Part shown: piece by piece, positions 59,330 through 64,000 of the stretch
How positions within the stretch are numbered: the first letter of the stretch is position 1
Layout of the letters: every line of letters begins with the position of its first letter
Source of the DNA: Spirochaetia bacterium
GTDB lineage: Bacteria; Spirochaetota; Spirochaetia; SZUA-6; Bin103
NCBI GenBank assembly: GCA_965208575.1
Contig: CBDBOV010000005.1
Coordinates: forward strand, 832,001-896,000
Length of the DNA stretch: 64,000 nt
Direction: 5' to 3'
Translations under genes and position numbers: made by a program
The notes under the pieces: generated by a model
Databases searched by the model: none
The model's input: the letters and a program-made list of their open reading frames with translations, nothing else
Told to the model about the DNA's origin: nothing

Positions 59330-59651
59330 GCTCGGCAAACCGCTGGTCGAGGCGACGCTCGGCTTCCACGCGTTCTTCGGCGTGGCGGTCCATGCGAGCG
59401 GAGGACTCGGCGAACCGCTGGTCCATGCGGACTGACGACTCCGCCATGCGGCGGTCGAACTCTTGGCCGGACCGTTCCAGGGCCGCCGCAAATCGGTCGA
59501 GACGGCGGTCGGTCTCGCGGCGCTGCGCCACCGGATCTTCCGACTCCGGTGGCTCGCCGCTGAGCAACAGCCGGCGTATCCGCGCACACGACTCAGGGTG
59601 CTCTTCGAGCACACGGGTCAGATCCTCGATATCTGCCACCGTGAAGGACAT
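59330..59651 (-). pseudogene. Truncated coiled-coil repeat protein N-terminus
   Basis: MSFTVADIEDLTRVLEEHPE...RRLLL followed by 11-aa repeats DRRMAESSVRM/DQRFAESSARM; frame then runs antisense into the permease. Confidence 0.6.
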
Positions 59652-59720
59652 CGCAACGCGCTCCGAGTCTGCTACTCTACCCGCCCCAGGTGCCGCGGTT
59701 CAACAGCCACGACCAGCGCA

Positions 59721-59768
59721 TGGAGACGCCGGAGATCGCGCGGGACAACCGCGACAACCTGCGCGGGC
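59721..59768 (+). pseudogene. Tiny AAA-ATPase-like fragment
   Basis: ETPEIARDNRDNLRG matches ETPEIARANRDYLRG of the 52409-53614 gene. Confidence 0.55.
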
Positions 59769-59867
59769 GAGCGGCGCCTGCCGGTCGACGTGAGGCCGCG
59801 GCGGCGGGATGCAACGGGACCACACGGCGCGGATGACAGCCGCGCTCTGCTCTGCGACAATGCGCCC

Positions 59868-60050
59868 ATGGACAATGCGCCCATGTTGACCGTGCGCAAG
59901 TTCAATACCGAGGGTCCCGTCGTGGCCGCCGATCACTACCACATCCCGCCGCTGGAGCGGATCGATCTGGACGCGGTGCTCGGCCTGATCCGGGACAAGA
60001 AGTACTTCGTGCTGCACGCGCCGCGGCAGACAGGAAAGACGTCGGCGAGC
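59868..60050 (+). pseudogene. N-terminal fragment of an AAA ATPase
   Basis: RKFNTEGPV...HY.IPPL.R...YFVLHAPRQTGKTS, homology ends after Walker A. Confidence 0.78.
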
Positions 60051-60063
60051 GCCATGGTGCGCG

Positions 60064-61536
60064 TCAGATTCCACACGCCCGCCGACGTCCGGGAGCGGAA
60101 TCGCCTGGGTCAGGCGGGAGGGCGACGTCGGGGAGCGGGAAGCGGTCGCCGGTCGATGCGATCCAGTCGGAGAGCAGGCGGTGGCAGCGTTCCTTCTGCT
60201 CCTGGCAGGCGGCGTCGAACACGTAGTTGGCCTGCTCGTAGGGGTCGTTGGCGGTGTCGAACAGCATCCAGTCGCTGCCGGGGGCGCAGGCGTACTTCCA
60301 GCCGTCGCGGGTGACCACGCCGCGCCACGGCTGGCTGGTGGTGCGCGCGTGCAGCTTGGGCGGGATCTGCTGCAGGTAGGCGCTCCGCGGTTCCGCCTCG
60401 GGTTGTGGGTTTCCGCGGTACTCCGGGGCGTCGGGGCGGATGCATTGGGCGGAGTAGTCGTAGCCGGCCATGCCCTCCGGCGCGGCGATGCCGCACAGTC
60501 CGAGGCTGGTGGGGGCAATGTCGACGTGGTTGAGCGGCGCGTCGCTGACGCCGGTCCGCATGTTGTAGTCGCCGCCGGCGCGGTGCACGATGAACGGTAC
60601 CCGGATCGCCTCCTCCCACGGGGTGGATTTCCCGAACTGTCCGTGGCTGCCCATCATGTCGCCGTGGTCGGAGAAGAACACCACGTAGGTGTCGCGGTCG
60701 ACGCCCATCTCGGTGAGGGCGGTGCGGATGCGGCCGATGTTGTAGTCCAGGTTCTCGATCATGGCGTAGTACCCGGCCAGATCGAACCGCGCTCGCCGTT
60801 CGACGCGGGCGGTGACGGGCACGTTGCGGCGCAGCTCGATGGAGGCGGGATGAATGCGGGAAGCGCCGTGGGGCGGATTGGTGGGCGTCACGTTGGGGCC
60901 GTGCGGCGGCTGCACCGAGAGCACGGCAAAGAACGGCCGGTACTCGGGTCCGGCGGTGGCAGGGGTAAGTCCGCCGGCGCCCTCGCCGCTGCCTGCGGCA
61001 CCGACGTGGCGGCGCAGGTGGGCGATCAGCAGATCGCTCAAGGCGTCGGTCTCGTAGCCGGGCAGCCGTTGCGGCGTCTCGCTGCCAGTGCCGTACACGT
61101 AGCACTCGTGCTGGTTGTTGTTGTTCTCGTAGCCCATCCAGTAGCGGAAGCCGCCGCGCCGCTCCGCCGGCACGTGGTGGGTGGGGAAATTGCCGCCGTC
61201 CAGGTGCCACTTTCCGACGTAAGCGGTGTGGTAACCGGCGGCCTCGAAGGCGTGCGCCACGGTGGGGATCTCCGGCGGCAGCGGTGAGGGAGTGCGCACT
61301 GCGCCGGTCTGATGCGGGTAGCGCCCGGTCAGCAGCGCGGCCCGGAACGGCGTGCACCACGGCGCGCCGGCCACCGCTCCATCGAAGCGCATTCCCTCGC
61401 GTGCCAAGTTGTCGATGTTGGGGGTGAATACGTTCGGGTCGCCGCGGTAGCTGGTGGCGTGCGCGCGGTGCTGGTCGCCGAACACCCACAGCACGTTGGG
61501 CGGGCGAGGGTTGCGTAGCGTCAGCCGGTCGCTCAT
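60064..61536 (-). CDS. Cys-type sulfatase
   Basis: PNVLWVFGDQH, TPNIDNLA, CTPFR, GKWH, SDHGDM. Confidence 0.92.
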   Translation of the reverse strand: MSDRLTLRNPRPPNVLWVFGDQHRAHATSYRGDPNVFTPNIDNLAREGMRFDGAVAGAPWCTPFRAALLTGRYPHQTGAVRTPSPLPPEIPTVAHAFEAAGYHTAYVGKWHLDGGNFPTHHVPAERRGGFRYWMGYENNNNQHECYVYGTGSETPQRLPGYETDALSDLLIAHLRRHVGAAGSGEGAGGLTPATAGPEYRPFFAVLSVQPPHGPNVTPTNPPHGASRIHPASIELRRNVPVTARVERRARFDLAGYYAMIENLDYNIGRIRTALTEMGVDRDTYVVFFSDHGDMMGSHGQFGKSTPWEEAIRVPFIVHRAGGDYNMRTGVSDAPLNHVDIAPTSLGLCGIAAPEGMAGYDYSAQCIRPDAPEYRGNPQPEAEPRSAYLQQIPPKLHARTTSQPWRGVVTRDGWKYACAPGSDWMLFDTANDPYEQANYVFDAACQEQKERCHRLLSDWIASTGDRFPLPDVALPPDPGDSAPGRRRACGI

Positions 61537-61564
61537 GAGCCAGGTCTTGCCCGCTGGCGGGCCG

Positions 61565-62359
61565 TCAGACGCGGCCTGGGAACGAGCACCCGCGCACCTG
61601 TTTGAACGGAGGCATCTTGGGGGCGTCGGTGACCTTGATGTCCTGCCAGGAGCTGGCGCGCATGTAGTGGATGGCGTAGGCGCGCCGGCGAGTCGGCGAC
61701 GTGTTCCTGCTGCTGGTGTGCAGGGTCAGGCTGTGGTGAAAGCTGATGCCGCCGGCGGGCACCGGCACCGGCACCGCCGGCCACCGTTCCGACTCCAGGT
61801 CATCGATCAAGTGGTCCAGGCGTTCGCGCGACAGCATGCCCCAGCGGTGAGTGCCGGGTACGAAGCGCAGGCAGCCGTTGTCCAGAGTGGCGTCGTCGAT
61901 CGCCGTCCAGGCGGTCACCAGGTCCATCGGAAAGATGTCGCGCCAGGAGGCGGAGTCCTGGTGCCACGGCTGCGCGGAGCCGGTCACCGGCGACTTCATG
62001 AACAACTGGTCGCCGTACATCTTGATGTCGTCGGTGCCGAGCAGGTCGGCAACGATGTCCACCACCGCGGGATTGGTGGCGTGGCGCCACAGCAGGTCGT
62101 CGTACACCGCCATGTTGAACAGCTTGCGGGTGGCCAGCACGCGGTCGGCCACCGCCGTGGTGCCGTCGCGAAACACCGGCTCCAACTGCAGGCTGCTGTC
62201 GGGGATGTGCTCCGCCTCGCCGGCCGCGATCAGATCCGCGTGATCGCCCAGGGCGGTCACCTCGCCGGCGCTCAGCACGTTCTCTACCCTGAGAAATCCG
62301 TTGAGTTGAAACTCGGCCACTACGTCCGGGCTCAACGCCCGCACCTTCGGTTGCGTCAT
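61565..62359 (-). CDS. PhyH-family dioxygenase
   Basis: DQLFMK, PWHQD, NGCLRFVPGTH, LH.S..N.S..RR. Confidence 0.92.
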   Translation of the reverse strand: MTQPKVRALSPDVVAEFQLNGFLRVENVLSAGEVTALGDHADLIAAGEAEHIPDSSLQLEPVFRDGTTAVADRVLATRKLFNMAVYDDLLWRHATNPAVVDIVADLLGTDDIKMYGDQLFMKSPVTGSAQPWHQDSASWRDIFPMDLVTAWTAIDDATLDNGCLRFVPGTHRWGMLSRERLDHLIDDLESERWPAVPVPVPAGGISFHHSLTLHTSSRNTSPTRRRAYAIHYMRASSWQDIKVTDAPKMPPFKQVRGCSFPGRV

Positions 62360-62458
62360 ATCGGGTGCCGAGTGTAGCGAGCCCGCCGCCCGCCGTCGAC
62401 CGCACCAGATCCGTTGGATCCGTTGCGCACTTCGCGGGTCGTCGCCGCCACACGGCGG

Positions 62459-64000
62459 CTACCGCCGGCGAGGTTGGACAAGCTGCGTGTCGCGAGCCGC
62501 CGGCCGGCCGGGCGGTGCGAAGCGAATGGCCGCGTTGGCGGGCGGCGCCGCCGCATCACGGTCTACCTGACGCATGATGCCGTGCACGAATTCGTCGGCG
62601 ATAACCGGGGTGTATTCCCGCCACCGTCGCACCGGCGGCTCGTCGGCGTCACGGCGCAGGATGCGCACGCTGCCGAACGTGCGTTCCAGCGAGTATCCCG
62701 GAACCGTCAGGTCGGGGACCTCCGACACCAGGTGGCTGACCGAGGCGGCGACGGTGGCCAGGTTGCGGGCGATTCCCTCGCCCGTGTGGGCGTCGTAAAA
62801 CGGGATGGCGCGGTGCAGGTAGTAGTAGCCCGGCGTGTTGTAGTAGGGCCGATCCACCTGCCACACCGCCTCGACGCCCGGTGCGCGGGCCAGGTAGCGG
62901 TACGCGGCGAAGATCGGATCCTGGCCGCGCAGGAAGCCGGTGACCCCGGTCTCGCGCGACCACGCCTGGGACACGCGGCTCTGCGCCGGCAGAGCGTTCA
63001 GCACCCCGGCCAGCGACACGGCGGCAAACAGGGCGCCGGCCGCGATTGTCGTCCAGCGCTCCGCCGCCGGGCGCGCCGGCCGCCGGCTCGCTGCCCAGGC
63101 GGCGAGGCGCACGGTGAGGTCGGCGCCGATCAGCAGCCACAGCGGAGTGACCGCGAAGATGAAGCGGTATTCCTTGTGCGCCTGCACCGAGTGGGTCAGC
63201 AACACCAGGGCGATCAGGCCCAGAAGCAGCCCGTAACGTGCCGGCCAGCGCAGTGAGGCCGCCAGACACAGTACGCTCAACCCGCCGCCGGCGAGTGCGA
63301 ACCACCACAGGAACTGCCACGCCGGGCTCTCGGCGGTGCGCATCTCGCCAAGGATCAGGTTGAAGCGCACGTTGGTGAGGTAGGAGTGGAACAGGCCGCC
63401 GTTCCACGCCAGGGCGTCGAAGATCCCCACCACACAAAGCGCCGCCGTGGCGGTGAGCGCAAGCGACACCTTCTGCCGCGTGCGCAGGAACACGACCCCG
63501 AGCAACACCACGGCCACGGGAGCGTATTGGACCCGGATCGCCGCCACCAGCACGGCGAGCACGGCGGCCGGCCAGACCACGCGCGGGCGGTCGGGCGAGG
63601 GGTTCGCGCACAGGGCCAGCAGTCCGAGCAGCGGCGCCGTTGCCACGAACTCGGTGAGCGGCTTGTGTGCGAAGCCGGCCAGTTCGTACCAGAAGGCGCC
63701 GGCAACCAGGGCCAGGCGCGCCGAGGTCTCGCTGAAGTGGCGCCGCGCGAAGCGGTACATGCCGGCCGGGATCGCCACCGAGATGGCGCAGAACAACAGC
63801 TTGACGCCGCCCACGTACCAGGCAGGCTCGCCGTGGCCGCCCAGGTCGAACAGCGTGAGCGCGCCGGCCACGACGCCCGGCACCAGCCAGGAGCGCGCCC
63901 CGTAGAAGTACTCCCAGTAAACCACGCCGTTGCCGAACGCCAGCCGGTGGGCCGGCTCCAGGTACTGCATGATCTCGTCGGGGTGCAGCACGAAGTCGCC
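62459..64000 (-). CDS. Alg9/PIG-B-like (GT22, GT-C fold) membrane mannosyltransferase, 5' partial
   Basis: HPDEIMQYLEPAH, WEY..G.RSW, multiple TM helices, HKEYRF. Confidence 0.8.
   Translation of the reverse strand, partial: GDFVLHPDEIMQYLEPAHRLAFGNGVVYWEYFYGARSWLVPGVVAGALTLFDLGGHGEPAWYVGGVKLLFCAISVAIPAGMYRFARRHFSETSARLALVAGAFWYELAGFAHKPLTEFVATAPLLGLLALCANPSPDRPRVVWPAAVLAVLVAAIRVQYAPVAVVLLGVVFLRTRQKVSLALTATAALCVVGIFDALAWNGGLFHSYLTNVRFNLILGEMRTAESPAWQFLWWFALAGGGLSVLCLAASLRWPARYGLLLGLIALVLLTHSVQAHKEYRFIFAVTPLWLLIGADLTVRLAAWAASRRPARPAAERWTTIAAGALFAAVSLAGVLNALPAQSRVSQAWSRETGVTGFLRGQDPIFAAYRYLARAPGVEAVWQVDRPYYNTPGYYYLHRAIPFYDAHTGEGIARNLATVAASVSHLVSEVPDLTVPGYSLERTFGSVRILRRDADEPPVRRWREYTPVIADEFVHGIMRQVDRDAAAPPANAAIRFAPPGRPAARDTQLVQPRRR

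Noticed and set aside
59856-59885. 15-bp tandem duplication GACAATGCGCCCATG
   Set aside because: Likely slippage at the start of a pseudogene; no further pattern.
201-63905. Many long overlapping or antisense ORFs in the track (e.g. 19149-21590, 46338-48593, 900-2330)
   Set aside because: Arg/Pro/Ala-rich shadow frames of real genes in high-GC DNA, with no family motifs.

Overview
High-GC bacterial chromosomal window with no rRNA, tRNA, CRISPR array or reverse transcriptase that I could see. Gene content is consistent with a marine sponge-associated Spirochaetota-type symbiont; this is inferred from signal-peptide style and expanded sulfatase, PhyH, LLM and family-5 SBP paralogues, not demonstrated. 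The left end holds a housekeeping block (SPL-like radical SAM tail, YbaK, SRPBCC, larE-larB-larC). The rest is a mosaic of five Dpp/Opp-type SBP-permease-permease operons plus one collapsed relic, none with an ATPase. These are interleaved with catabolic genes (3 sulfatases, 3 PhyH dioxygenases, 2 GH32-like, 2 SDR, LLM, YitJ-like methyltransferase), three type II TA pairs, three Uma2 nucleases with Rpn-like repeat+tail architecture, several internally deleted AAA-ATPase/nuclease relics, and IS elements (an rve-type nested element, IS1634, IS3). Most interesting: (1) a covarying, pseudoknot-capable leader motif upstream of three SBP genes, a candidate new cis-regulatory RNA; (2) leaderless Uma2 nucleases with variable Glu-Gly repeat linkers and a Met-initiated C-terminal module, a candidate intragenic toxin-antitoxin system placed at permease 3' ends; (3) two unrelated IS elements sharing a G-tract plus tandem DnaA-box-like module inside their downstream ends. 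All alignments and folds were done by eye.
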